The notes under the pieces: generated by a model
Databases searched by the model: none
Told to the model about the DNA's origin: nothing
Seen by the model: only the letters and a program-made list of their open reading frames with translations
Part shown: in pieces, positions 23,968-38,030 of the stretch
Layout of the letters: every line of letters begins with the position of its first letter
Position numbering within the stretch: position 1 is the first letter of the stretch
Translations under genes and position numbers: made by a program
Assembly (NCBI GenBank): GCA_965202585.1
Contig: OZ241829.1
Span: 58,652,001-58,716,000, forward strand
Direction: 5' to 3'
From: Thalia democratica
Lineage: Eukaryota
DNA length: 64,000 bases

Positions 23968-26900
23968 TTACTCAAGATTCCTTGAAGTTCTTGTAGGAAT
24001 TTTTGGTAAAGGTTTTTTAATAATTCGTGACCAGGACTTTGAAGTACTTTGGGAGAGGTCAGAGTCTGATTGTAGTAAAACTCGTGAACCTACGCATCTT
24101 AAGTTTTTGGGTTTTGATACTTCCAATTCTGAAAGTATTAGATAAATTTGGTAAAATCAGTATACAATTTAACTAAACAAAACTGTATTGTATCAGTAGA
24201 GTGATACTATGGAAAAGTTATAAATAGCTTGCTTTTAATAGGTTGTTATTTATAATGAATGTGTGAATTAAAGTATCATACATGACTCTACTAACCAAAA
24301 ACTTTCTTATTCTACTTAAATCTCAATATGAAGTAAGGGTAGTTAAATTTTCTAGTTATCCAGCCAAACTCACAATTTTTTTTGTGGGATAGACTTTTTA
24401 AACGTCTTCGCGGACCGCGTGATTTCGCAAACTTATGCAACAAAAGTTTAAAACTTAATTAACACTACTGTTTACTGAAAATAAAATTAAAAACGTTTTT
24501 GAAAATGTTTGATATAAAAACTATAGACTTTTGTTTTTTGCATAAGTTGTTTTAACCTAAAGAATATGTTGCAGGTCAGGTAATTTTGTTTGATGAGCTA
24601 GATCTGGCTTGTGTGTGTCGTATATTGATCACCCCTATTATAAAGTTATTAAGGAAAGATTAAAAAATACTGTTTCATTTTACAATACACAGCTATAACT
24701 CAGCAACCAAATTTCTAAACCAAAGTACACCAAAAACACTCAGTTTTTAATAAAATGTTGATCGGAATTCGGAGCTTTATATATAAAAACTATATTAACA
24801 GTTTATCTTTTATTACAAAAACTTGTTAAAAGTAATGTATCCTACCTCTTATAACTTATTTGGAAAAATAAAAATATAAAACATAAAAACATCATTTCAT
24901 TTCAAAACTAACAAAATGTTGAACCAGATTAACTACAATACTTAAATTAATTATTAATCTTATAATTCAAATTTGCACAAAGCTTGATTTAGGCTAAATT
25001 TTCAAAAATTTGTTTCTAAAACCTTTTACAAAATCGTTGATTTTTTCTTTGTGTTCATTTTCAAATCTATCAATGTATGAATTTAAGCGATTGACAGTGT
25101 TTTTAACTTTGTTTACTGAAGCTTCAACAGTCCCCTGTTTAAGTAATACAGAATGATCAATTATACTAGTATAAATTAAAAAAAAACAAAGAAAAACACA
25201 TATTTCTATTAAAGAAACATATTAATCTTAGTTTTATACAGTAAAAGTTTTGAAAATACTAATTTTCTAAGCTTTCACAAATAAACTTCAAAAATTAGAA
25301 AAAAAGTTATACAAAATTTATATAATATGAATAAATTCAATTATGTTTTATTATTTAAACATTGTGAATTTTTGTATTATAATTTCACTTTAGTCTCTTC
25401 GTTATAAGTCTTTTAGTTTAAGTGGTTCAGGTTTTGATGCATGGGTCCAGTGTAGGACAATAAGCTTGCAATAATAATGCAATATATTAAATTTTTCTTT
25501 ATATTTAGAAACTAAACAAAACCTTAAACTCGTCAATCTTATTGATTGATTTTCTCATTTCATTTTGTGTTTGAGCTTCTAAGTTTACAGTGAATTCAAT
25601 CAGGCGATTAAAAGTCAGCTGTAATGTACAAATTTGCTGGGGCTTTGATGTCACCTCACGAATGTAGAACAGTAATTTATGAAAATCGTCTGAAAAACTT
25701 TAATTTACTAAACGTCAAGTTAGTTTGATAACATTTATGAGTTTATTCTGCAGTCAAAAGTTAGGTAAAGTTTAAAAGTAGGTTGAATAGTACAAATATT
25801 CAAAAAAATTTAGTGCTAAGTTTTGATAAGCGGAAGCCAAATTTCTTAATAAAATTTATTTTAAACGTTTATGTTAATATTAAGCCTTCAAAAAAGCCTA
25901 AAAATAAGCTTCTTTTTTTATGTTATAGTCAGTTTCAATTTATTAGCACTTTTTGATTAGAAAAAATACCTATAAAAACTTCTGATAGGGAGTATAGTCA
26001 AAAATTATTAACATTTTCTTTAAAACTATGTGAGACTTAATGGCATAGGGGGGTAATACTTTTTTCACAATTTAAATTTGTTATATATTTTTTTAATTAG
26101 CTAGAAGATGCTTTTTACAGATTTTAAAAATTAAAAATAATTTTTGAGATATAGCCGGTCAAAGTCGGAGGCAACAATAGATTCCTTATGGAGGGCTCAA
26201 ACTAAGACAAGCTGATTTATTTTCTTTCATAGAGTTAATAAAGAATTATAATTTATTATCTAAATAAAGTTTTCACAGATTATTTTTTGATTTTTTGCCT
26301 TTTAATATTATATGATTGTAACGCGAAAACTACTTAGTTAAACAAAAATACCTTCCAAAATAGAAATGCAATTGTTTGCGCCTACTACAATGTTCGTGTT
26401 TTCAACTACCAGACTGTGGTCCATTTTTAGCAGGGATCTTAATGCATCCCCACTTAGCAAAAGTTCTTCTCTGTGCTTCATGTCGTTTTGAAGCACATTT
26501 TTATTCACAAATAACAGCTCTAATTTTAAACTTTCTATCAATGTGTCCATTTCTGTCAACAGTGTCAACAAAGATGTTAGTAAGTTTTAGGATAATACTT
26601 AGGACTACTCTTAATTACAAGATATTAAGCTTATATTCATTAACATTAAAATTTTAGAAATAAAAAACGATTTTACATGCACTTATTGTTATGAACCATT
26701 TTATGTTTTAGTTAAAAGCACATGCATAAAACTTAAATTTTTATATTGGACAAAGATAAATTAAATTTAGTACTTTTCAATTTGATGTTTTTAAATTTAA
26801 CAGAGTATACTTTTTAACTATCTAAGATAACAACTTAACTTTAGCAAACTACCTCTCAGTCTGTTCTTATACTTTTTTTTATGCTGCTTTTTCTCCCAAA

Positions 26901-29900
26901 TTTTTTCGTCTTTGCATTGTAAATCTACGAAACTTTTTCGTTTTTCAGCTTTTACATTTGTATAAGACTGCTTAAGTTCGAGGTATATTGGCTCTAATAT
27001 ATCAATTTTCTCTTTAAGCACAACTTTTGTTTTCTGAAAACTAAGTTATATCAACAAAGCTTGGTTTTTGATTTGTTTGATTGCTTAACAGTACAAGTTC
27101 TAGTTTAGATAAAAGATTAAGTTACTTTTAATAACGTTACTAAATACTTAGATTCAACGCGCGTTTTCAAATATTTAAGCAACCTGCTTCACTTATTGTT
27201 ATAAATCTGATTTTTGTGCATAAATTTCTACAGCGATACTTAAAACAGTTTTATAAAATTTACAAAGAATTAAATAAAAACAAGTAATTTTATATTTTTT
27301 ATTCAACTAATAATGTTTCGCTGGTTGTTAGATATTAATAGCTCAACAGAGTCTGCTAAGATTAAAATGTAAAATAAGAAAACATGCAAAAAAAAATATG
27401 TATAATATGTTTTTATGTATTAAGTATATCTACTTTTAAATATGTATTTGTAACTTACAATTTAAAGTTATATAATTTAGTTTCTTTTAAAAAGACGACT
27501 AGTTAGTTTAGTTTCATTAATTATTTATATGTTAGGAAAGTAAATTTAAAGTTAGTTGAATAAAGTATTGATGTGCAAAAATAGTTGTTTTGATTTTCCA
27601 ACTGGCTTTGCTTAGTGGGATCTTTATGATTAAACGCTTTGTTATAAAAACTCTGATAACAGTAAATTATATAATGTTTACTTACAACAGTTTACAAAGA
27701 TTTTTATTTACGGACGACATAATAATCGTATAAATATGTTTAAATATACATATATGTGTACATAAAATATTAGAACTATATTGACAATTAATATTACAGA
27801 AAACTTCTCGGTAATGTACCCAAAGACTTGTATACATAATACATAGCTTGAAAAATTTTAATCAAAATCTAGATAACTTGCTGGCACTAACTAACTTTTG
27901 TAAAACAAAGTTCTTCAAAGATAAAATTGCATTAAGGTTAAATCGATTTCTCTTTTAGTTGTTTGTTTATACATATGTAAGGGTTATCAGAATTTTAGTA
28001 AGCATACTAAGTTTTACTTTACTACGCTTACGTTATAACAGCAAAAAAAGTAATTCTGCTGTAACATTTTTACAAAACCAAAACTTGCTATATTAAGTTT
28101 TTAAAAAACATCTTACATAAATAAATGTATTGTACAAAAAATTCTTACTTTTTCGTCGACAATTGAAACTTCTAAATTAGAAATATCTTTTTTAACTTCA
28201 TCCTTGTCCAGTAACAGTTTTTCTTCCTTTTTTGGAACAACTTCTTCAAGTCCACTAAGCTCATCTTGTATATTTTTTATTTCTTCCAGTAATAATTTAA
28301 GCTCCGAATTCGTCTCTTTTACTTTATCTCTAATAAGCTTGATTTACTATATTTTTGATTAATTGTCATAAAAACCTATTTAATAAAATGGCAAAGAGAA
28401 ATTTTTCAATCAGAAAAGATTACGTTTGATTTGTTTTAAACAACGCATAGCTTTTTTACACTAAATTATATGGTTTCTTAAAAACATTAGATCAATTTTT
28501 ACTTGGTGTTTTCGATATTTTCAGTTGATAGTGCTAATTTTTGATTAGCGTTTTCATCAAAGTTAGCAAGTATATATACTAAATTATCTTGTTCTTCTTT
28601 TGTATTAGTTCTGTAAATCATAGTTGTACATATTTAAAGCTTTATAGATAGTTAAAAAGAGTTTTTTAAAAGCTGTAATACATTTTGTAAAAACGATTAA
28701 CAAATAAGTTTAGTAATTTTTGTATACTACCTACTTAGCTCTGATGTTTATAGCTTTTAAAAAGTTTTGAAAGTACTTCACTAACTTACTAACGGTAAAA
28801 GTTATAACTCTCATAGAATTATCAATAAAATTTACAATTGTTGATATCTTAAATATAACCGAAAGTTTTTTCGTGCACCAGGTCATAGGACCAAACATTC
28901 TGAGCGCTTTTAATTGTCGTACTATAAACAGTATATTTAATTTTATTAACTTTATGCTCATTTCTTTCCTTACTACCGTAGACAATTATTACTGAAGCGG
29001 GTTATTTCAAATATAAAACAAATGCGAAAATTTCAGAACTACTTTCAAGAAAACAAAAATTACAAAATTTTAAAATGTTTACCAAAATTCTATTAAATTA
29101 TTGTTTTTTTCATCTTATAACCCCAACTAAACTAAAAATTCGTTCAGATTCTTAGCTGATGACGCTTACATCATAAAAGGTACTTTGAATTTTAAAAGAC
29201 TGTAAAAAGTAAGTGATGGCATACTTAAATTTTTCAAAATAAGACTGACTTTTTTGAAAGTGATTTACCCCTACACCCCTAATGAATTGAAATAAAATAT
29301 TAAAATTTTGCTAGTCTGTCAATTTGAAAGCTTCAATAGATGTAACGACATAAAGTACCTAGATTTTTTCTCCCAATCAAGCTCTTCTTGTCTCTTCTGA
29401 ATAATATCATTCCAGTTTTCATGAACTTTTGCAAGTTGATCAGTCTGAACTTTGTGCCGCTTTAGGAATCCTATATGGTTTTTCTCTAACATTTCTTCCT
29501 CTCTTTCTAAGTTTCTAATCTGTTCTTAAAAGATAAAAAATTATTCTTCCGTATAAAAATATTATATTTCTCTATTTAAATTTAGTAATGTTTAAGTTGT
29601 ATGTATACAATAAAATAAACAGAAAAGTAAATAAAAAGTTTAAAGTGTTAATGTAAGATTTAAAAAAACAAAATAAAGTCATTTAATAAGATAATAACAT
29701 ATCTAGGTCTATCCTAGGATTAAATTGTTCCAGTATTAATTTTTTATAAAATTATGCAACTGTTTATATCTTAAAATTAAATTATACGCGAATATCGAAA
29801 CTAATTTTTAAAATGAAAAAACAACAAAAGTTTAGTTGTAACTTCGAGTAAAGTAACCACAAAAAAATTCTTTTTAAGTAGGGTATACAAAATATAAAAA

Positions 29901-32900
29901 GATCTATAAAACGTACAGTTTTTAACACTTTCTTTAAGTAATTAATACTTTTTTTAACTAGATAAAGTACTCAAAAGCTTAGAATTAAAAACCTAAACCA
30001 AAACGACCCAAAGTTTTGTTTTACAGAATAGGATGTTTAATTTGCCCTAATCTCATTACAACGTTTTTTTTTTCTTCTACTATTTAAGTAAATTTATTTT
30101 GAATTAGTTACCTAAGACGTTTGTTCAGTTTTAATTTTTCAAAACTTTAACTGTTTAGTATTATAATAAAATATAAATCAACAATGGTAAAAACAATTTG
30201 TGTTTACTTTTTCATTCAAGTTGTACATTTTTTGCGTTTTCAATTTTAATTCGCGTTTCAAGGTAGATAATTTGTCATTTATTACTCCAGTGTAATGCCT
30301 TTTTTTCTTTAGAGAATCTAACCTAATACGGTTTCCTTGAATTTCTTCTTTAAGCAAACTATCAATTTCCTCGTTTTTCTTTTTTTGGTCGTTGATAGTA
30401 TTCTAAAAATTGGAAACTTTAAAACAAAGTAAATCAGAAGTAGTAATTTAAATTATGAAGTATACAGTTTAGCTTAAATTTCAAAACTTTAATTTAAAAT
30501 AAATAAAGTACAAATTGGAAATGTTATCCTTCGTAAGATAGGTTAAGCTTTTTTACCTTTAGCTCAAAACAAAGTCGATCATAATCTTTTTCATCGTTCG
30601 TTAATGCCATTTGTTCCTTTTTTATTGCAATTTTAAAATACTCAATTTTTTCCTCAGCACTCAGCATCTATTTAATTTTAACATAAGAAATTTTTGTATA
30701 AAACTCTAATAGTATTTGTAAACGAGTTAAAAGACTTAGACTGACTATTAAAGTATTTAAATGAATGAGAACCTAATTTAGAATTAAAACAATAAAAACT
30801 AATCTATTAAAAATAGAACTTGCTTACTCAAAAATTATCGTTATCAAAAATGAATAAAAAATTTATATGATGAGAAAATATACACAACTATCTTTAAAAA
30901 CTACAAGACTATAAGAGAATTATGTTTATTAGTATGTAAGTAATAAAATCATTAAAGTATGTAAAAAAAAGCTAAACTTTTATAATAAAGTTAATACTTA
31001 GATACCATACTGTTGTATAAACTTTCAAGTATTTACCTACGTATTTTTTAATGAAACTATATTTAGAAGTATCTAAACCTGCATATTAGTTTGTGTTTTA
31101 CGACTTGCTTAGAACTTGTGTCTTTTAAAAGATTTTTTTCGTTATAAATTTAGTGCGAGTAATTTGAAATAAAAGGCGTTTAAGTTTTATTCTAAAAGAC
31201 TGTTCTATGCTCCCTTGATATTTATTGAATTAAAATTTGACGAAATTCGGTAGATAACTTGTTCTTTTTGGTACAAACTACAAATTCTAAAAGTTTCAAA
31301 ATTTTATTTATATAATCAAAATATAGAGTTTTTGTTTTGCACGCAAACTTTTTACCAGCGTAGAAATAAAACTAAATTAATTCTTTTATAGTGATCATTT
31401 AAATTCAATGAAACCTAAAGTTTTTGAAATCGATTTTATAAAAAGAGTGTACCTACCGCATATTGAGTAAAAAGTTACGTAAACTCAGATTTTAAATACT
31501 AACACTTAGCTTTCTAGCTTTCAATTGCTGTATAATGAGGTCGTTTTCTTCTTTCAAACTTTTGTTTCTTTCATCACCGCTGCAACAGCTCAAATATATA
31601 TCTTCAAGTTTCTCCCGAATTGTATCATTTACTTCCTTATTTTCTTCTAACTGCAAAATATTCCACCCTGATTTAAATGTTTAAAAAAACGAGCTGGCTA
31701 ATTAAGAAGAATTTTTTTCTTGAATAATATAATGACAATAGTTTTTAAACTTAACAAGAGAGTAAACATGCCTATTGTCGTATATAATCTGATTTACATG
31801 AAAAAAAAATTTCAAATTAAAAACAAATAAGTTAAAGTTGCTTGTAAACAGGTAAAAAACAGATAATGTTAAACATTCAAGAAAGGTAGAATAATTAAAA
31901 ATTTATTTAGTTTATATATTATATTAAATCAGATAAAGTAACCGAACGCATATAGGTTACAATTGTTAGCCATAAAACAAAAACAACTAAATATTGTAAA
32001 AAAAGTACATTTCTACACTGACTTCTTTACAAAGAATACCTAGTTCTTGCTTAAAAATTATTTTTTCAAGTGCTAATTGTTTATGTCGGTCAATTAATTT
32101 CTTTCGAAGTAGTTTAATTTTTATTTTGTTTTGAAACCTCTGCACTATAGATTTTTCGTATTCTGTTCTAAAAATTATTGAAAACTTTAAATAGGATTTA
32201 CTTTTGTATTCAAGTTAAAGCAGTACAAATTAGATAGAACTTTTTATTTTACTAAAAATAACATTGCCAATAATTCAAAAACCTTAAAATGAACTAAAAA
32301 GCTATTTATATAAAAGATAGTTCAACGTTAGTGTTGTAAAAGTTTAAACGTATGAGGAGCAAATTTTTGAAAAATTCAAAAAACCGTTGAAAATTTACCT
32401 TTTCCTAGGTTTTTCAAAACAGTTTTTTTGCATGGTTTAGAACAAATTATTGTAAGCAGTTATTATTTGGTAGTGTATAAAGATTAGACTGAGAAAGTTG
32501 AAAAATTAATTATTTATAAACTGTGATTTTTTTAAACAGTGTTTTTTAGCGTATTAGTATGTTTCTTTTGTAAAGTCCCTATAAAATTTCCGACCTTTAT
32601 CCGTTATACCTCAAAATCTACCTTGACATTAAAAAACGGCAAAAACAATTGATAGGTTAAATGATAAGTTTTTAATAACACTATTATGTAAAGAATTTAT
32701 CTTAAAGCAGAGTTTCCAAAAGTGGCCCATATGGCCCTTGGGATCTATTTAGCCAGCCAGGGGGCCGTAAGCTGCAAAGGGGCTTTAAGGAGGTACTTAG
32801 GTACATTTCACGAGAAGTTTGGAAAATACACTAGGTACTATGGGGTTTCTAATGTATTAAGACGATCATGTTTTCAATTTTCTGTAAAAGGGACGTTTAT

Positions 32901-34562
32901 GAAAATGAGTTTTGGAAACCCTGCTCTAGATTCAGCTACAACAGTCAAAATGAACAGTATTAAAGTTTTAGTATAGCTATTCTTGGAGAAACTACAAACT
33001 CTTTTGCCCTCAATAATTTGAAAGCATTAAATGAACTAATGTATAGCATTAAAAACTAAACTTCACATTCGTTTTTAATAAAAAGTACTGGTTTAATTCA
33101 ATCTAAACAGAAAACAATACAATTGTTAGTCATATAAAGTAAAAAAAGATGTTATAGAACGACTACAGTTATTAAAGTAATAATTGTGGTTTATACGTAG
33201 TTTCTAAAATTCTCTAAAAATAGAAACAGAAAAACAAACGATGAATCAAAAAGCTTTTATATTAAAAGTATTAGTTTTAATAAAAAACTAAACTAGGGCA
33301 ATAGTATTTTACTATTCTATGAAAACAAGAGATAACAAAAACCATAAAAAATTTTAACTTATCTTTTTTTTTATAGCTATCTTAAATAAATCTTAAATAG
33401 TAAAACTTAAAATAATAAAAACTAACGCTAGTTCTTGAACTTTTATTTTAACCATAATTCGTTTATTCATTACATCTGAAATATCTTTGTTTAGGTTAAT
33501 GTAAGCTTGACGTTTCAAAAATAAAGTGTTCTTAAGATCCTCACATTGTAATCCAAGAGATAGTCTATCCTAGGTTTAAATAGATTTACTTTTATTTGAA
33601 ATTCTAAACAAAATCTATTTGATATTAAACAAAACTGGATAAATTATCAGAGGTGCTATCGAAACTTTAACTTTTTATAAGTTGACTTTGAAAATGTAAA
33701 AGTTTTTATATTACATTTTATAGCAAATTTTCAAAATGTTTAATGACTTTAATTGTTTTTTAACCTTTTTACCGCTTGGACTTTTCCTAAGACTTTGTTG
33801 GTTTATTTCATTTACTTTTCTCATTATATCAGTGTTATTCATCGTCACACTTCTTCTCACTACCATTTTCTATAATAATAGTAATAATAAAAATTGTACT
33901 TAAAACAGTAAAAATTAAGCTACATATATTGTTTTGCAACAAAAGTATTTCTAAGCTAACGAAAGATATCTTTACATTTTTGTTTGATATGTGACACAAT
34001 TTATTTAATTAAATACCAAATATTTTAAACAGTAATGCTGCTAGCTAAAAATTAACTAACTAACGGTAGAATCTGCAAGGTTAAAACTTTAATTTAACTT
34101 TTTTTTAATTTTTTTTTTTTTTTTCAGTTTTTAAATTGTTTTAATTAATGAATTTAACCGAATGTTTTCAAAGATTAGATTTCAAATTATAATGATAAGT
34201 ATTGATTAACAGTGTTCTTAGGTTTATCTTTAATGAAACTCAAAACTTACATTCTCTTCTTCGTATTTGTCTATTAATGGTTGTGCAGAATTTTTTAATG
34301 ACTCTGCTTTTATATTAACCGTTTCTAACTCCTCTATCATATTTCGTCTCTCTTGGTCAAGCTCTTGTAAAAACTTAATCAACTGTTCTAAATGTTCATT
34401 TGCTTCATCACCTGCAGAGAGTTAATTAACAAATTAAGTTTAGGTTCATTTTAATATATAACGAAAATGTATAAACTAACATATTCTCACTGTCTTATTA
34501 GTAAAGCCTAAATTAATAAGACCGTGTATTGCTTTTTTCCAATGAACGTTAACGCTCGCCAT
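23968..34562 (-). CDS. Uncharacterised coiled-coil protein, 14 exons, 675 aa
   Basis: All junctions GT-AG and phase-consistent: 34562-34481, 34411-34251, 33869-33765, 33569-33427, 32167-32040, 31667-31504, 30667-30557, 30402-30208, 29519-29359, 28329-28149, 27033-26853, 26552-26410, 25134-25023, 24128-23968 (sum 2028 nt, TAA stop). It starts MASVNVHWKKAIHGL, is E/K/L-rich and heptad-like throughout, and has a S/K/P/R-rich tail. A few donor and acceptor choices (exons 1, 9, 12) have alternatives. Confidence 0.8.
28858..28915. repeat. Dispersed repeat fragment shared with 56494-56545
   Basis: ACCGAAAG(G)TTTTTTCGT(G/C)CACCAGGTC(A/C)TAGGAC...TGAGCG occurs at both sites. Confidence 0.55.
32708..32923. 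mobile_element. hAT-type MITE (216 bp) in an intron of the coiled-coil gene
   Basis: TIRs CAGAGTTTCCAAAA / reverse complement CAGGGTTTCCAAAA (13 of 14). Flanks TCTTAAAG and CTCTAGAT both have a central TA but are not identical. Related to 55064. Confidence 0.75.
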
Positions 34563-34782
34563 ACTTAAAGTTTAAATGTTAAATTAATAGATAAGTACTG
34601 AAATATAAAACTAAAATGAGTTTAATAAAATTTTATTATTACGTCATATCATCAAACACTTGGCTATAAAAAAGTAAATTAATTTTTATAATTTCAATTT
34701 ACCGAAGCCTAGTAATGATAAGAAAAGTGAATTTGCACTTCAATATCATTATTTAAATAAGCTATTTACTTTGTAGATTAGC

Positions 34783-34853
34783 TATTCAAAATTTAAAGTT
34801 TGCTAATAGAGATCCTAGCGAAACATGTTCACTCGAATATATAATAACAAATT
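34783..34853. repeat. About 70-bp dispersed direct repeat shared with 41690-41765
   Basis: CTATTCAAAATTTAAAGT...TTGCTAATAGAGATC(C/T)TAGCG...GTTCACT(C/A)GAATATATAATAACAAATT occurs at both sites. Confidence 0.65.
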
Positions 34854-35534
34854 AAGCAATTTTGTAAATGAGGCAGTTTTATATAATCAAAATAAATAAT
34901 TTTATTGTTTTTTTTAATAAAATAATAAAAGCTTAAAATGGCAATTTTCAATTTTCTTTACTAAACTAATACTTTACTAAACTAAAAACATTTTCAACTT
35001 TTGTTAGTTTTCCGAAGTTATGTACTACAATAAAGTTGGTATTGAAACAGTAATAAGAAAACTACTTAACTTTTTTTACTAAAAATCTCACGTAAGACCT
35101 TTAAAGATAACTTTGTTTAATATTACGACAATGTTACCTTAATAGTCAGAATATTGATATGTGCTTTCTATAATAAGTTACTTAATTCGTGTAGGTAGGA
35201 TCATCTAATAACAAAAAAAGGTTTCTACACACTAAAAATATTCGTACATGTAGAAAATTCAGATGTTTTAAATAATGAAATTTTACTAAACTACTAAGTG
35301 CATTTCAATGAAGGATTATTTAGTTATTCAGATTAGTAATTTAAAAAACATCTTTGTTTTGTTAAGTACTGTACAAATTAAAACTAAATTAGTTTTAAAA
35401 CCTAAGCTATACAGAATTAAAATAAAACGTTAAATTTTCATATAACTTAAAATATTTACAAAGTCTAAAACTTTATATAGTGTAACAAATAATGTCACAT
35501 CACACAAGCTGACAAAAACTTTTGATTTACTTGT

Positions 35535-35569
35535 TAATAATAATAATAATAATAATAGTAATAATAATA
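35535..35569. repeat. (TAA)n microsatellite
   Basis: Direct reading of the sequence. Confidence 0.9.
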
Positions 35570-35576
35570 CGTTCGG

Positions 35577-36008
35577 ATACCAGACGTGAATTTAGCATTA
35601 CCACGGTCTCACTACTTTATAGTAGATCTTCAGGTACAATAATAAAACGACGATCTAAAGCACTTTATATATATAAAGATAAGAAGGTAGTTAGAGGTGG
35701 TTAGTAATACTCTGATAAGTATTTATAAGTAATAGTAGTTGTTAGGACAAAAGTCTAACTAAAATACAACTTAGTTAAGTATTTACGACGAAATAAAAAT
35801 AAAATGAATTAGATTTAAGGACGATTCAAAAAACATAAACTACAATGCAATAAATAAAATAAGATTAAATTAATTTATAGCAGCACGATCTGAAGTGGAG
35901 CATAGTGTAGCGAGCTCTGGTATATTTTAAATCGTCGTTTTATTATTGTACCTGAAGATCTACTATAAAGTAGTGAGACCGTGGTAGTACTAAATAAACG
36001 TTTGGTAT
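35577..36008. mobile_element. MITE-like element with about 80-bp inverted ends
   Basis: 35599-35654 (TACCACGGTCTCACTACTTTATAGTAGATCTTCAGGTACAATAATAAAACGACGAT) is the exact reverse complement of 35931-35986, with about 22 further imperfect bases outward. TSD not identified. Confidence 0.7.
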
Positions 36009-38030
36009 TGCTGTTATTATCGCTCACATTTGTGTTTGAGCACTTGATTTAATAGTTAAAGACAACAATTCTAAAGATATACTCAATACAAGATATAGGA
36101 TTTTTAGATACTCTAATGTATGGAAGCATTATTCTTTTTATTTTTTTTTTATAATTTAAAAGTAGTTCAAAAACTATTTTTCCCAGCCCTTTAAAAATAC
36201 TTAATAATTTCTTAAAAGTTACACATATATATCTTTTTATTATAAATAAAGTATAAAGAAATCCAAATGTTATAGTTTTTAAACATACTAATTACCCTGA
36301 ATAATTGTTATTACTATTTATGAATTCTATGAAAAAAATATTTTTTTAGCTAAAATGAGAACGGGTCACAAATGCTCGAAGCGTCTCTTTTGCACGAGCT
36401 TAAACTTTTTGTTATTATTAAGATTTTTTTTAAATATAATTTTATTCTTTAACTTGTTGTTTCCAATAAAAAGATAATTTGTTTATTCATTTATTATTGG
36501 AAATATTTGGCCAAAAAAGTATCAGTTCATGCAGAAGTGATACTCAGTGCATTTCTGAAACCAGCCCAGCTAAAATATAGAGGAAAATATCTAATTTACT
36601 TCAAAATTTAAATTTTTAGCTGATTAAAAAAGCCCTTTATATAACTTTGCACTTAAAAAAACCTTCTGACTTTCTGTACTATTTCACAAGCTTTTAACAA
36701 TCTAGTTTGTTTGAATCGATAAAACAGTCTTACTGTAATAAATGAAAATAAACTAAGTCTACTTAGTTGATTTTAAGCAAGTAAATCAGCTTTGCCAGAT
36801 ATGTTTTTATTGATCAATAACTTTTTTGCAGAAAGGTTTCAAAAACTGATAAAAGCTTAAAAATAATATTTAAAATATGAAGTTTTACCAAGTATTTGAC
36901 TCTTGATATAAACATTTTAAAGAAATATTTCGATGATAATCAAAGTTTTTTTCTTCTTTAAATGTTTTATACCTCAAGATCATTAATACACCAGCAAACA
37001 GTTTACTTTTAGTTCTATGTTTCCTACATCATTAAATTTTATCATGTCATAAGTAGATGCACTATTGCTTTTTACAATATAGCACTATTTTGACCTTGTA
37101 AAATATTCAGATCTCTAGTACTTATGAAGGAATGAAAAACACATGATCTTATTAACAACAATGCAACTATGATACTTTTTGAAACCTATATAAAACACGC
37201 TACACATTTTTTAAATGTATAGTTATACACTTTTCTTTATGTTTTCTAAAAATAGTAATAGTTTTATTTTTTTTAGCTTTTAGTCGAAATTTAAACAACT
37301 GACACCTATAAGTAAGCTACGATGTATACAAAACTTTTTGATAAAAGTTGAAAACTTAAATTTTATTTTGATAACTTCGAAAACAACTTTTTCTGACGGC
37401 ATTATAAAAATTAAAAAGTATAAGTTTCTTTGTTAGTACAGATAAACTTTCTCAGTTTTTACATATTTTGTAAACTATTAGTAATTGTTAATTTTTTGTT
37501 GTTGTGAGTTTGTTTTTTAAATACCAGATAGTACACAAAAAATTCTGTACGTAATGAAAACGATAAAAATATTGAATAAATAGTTTTAACATGTAAAATT
37601 ATTACACTTGTTTTTATTTCAACACAACAAAGTTACAACCCAGTCAAGCATCCTTTTACTTAAGCAACTAAATTAAATTCCAAAAAAAATACTTTTTAGG
37701 CAATTGAGTTTTAAAAACCTAGTATTGAATGCTAGTTTTTATGAATATTAAACATGTTTTTAGTAAGTCACGCACAGCAGTTATAAAACCAAGTATGTTC
37801 ATTCTTATTTTTATTTCTAACTACATTTAAATATTTTTTAAGCGAAGAAAATTCGTTCTTCCTAAAATGTTGATATTTCAATGCTAATATACACAAAAAT
37901 GATTGTATATATAGACAGTGAATTTTAAAAAGCAATGAAAGAGCTGATTTAAAGTTAAGTATTCTGTTATTACATGTTTTGGTTTTAATAAAACAAATAG
38001 AGAGGTCTCAAATACTGGAGGAGAAATAAT

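Noticed and set aside
21478-35704. ORFs 21478-21783, 26376-26657, 28731-28985, 32722-32976 and 35522-35704
   Set aside because: Each overlaps a MITE, a microsatellite or the antisense strand of a real exon.
36500-37140. Possible degenerate transposase coding region
   Set aside because: Short readable patches only, with no diagnostic motif recognised.
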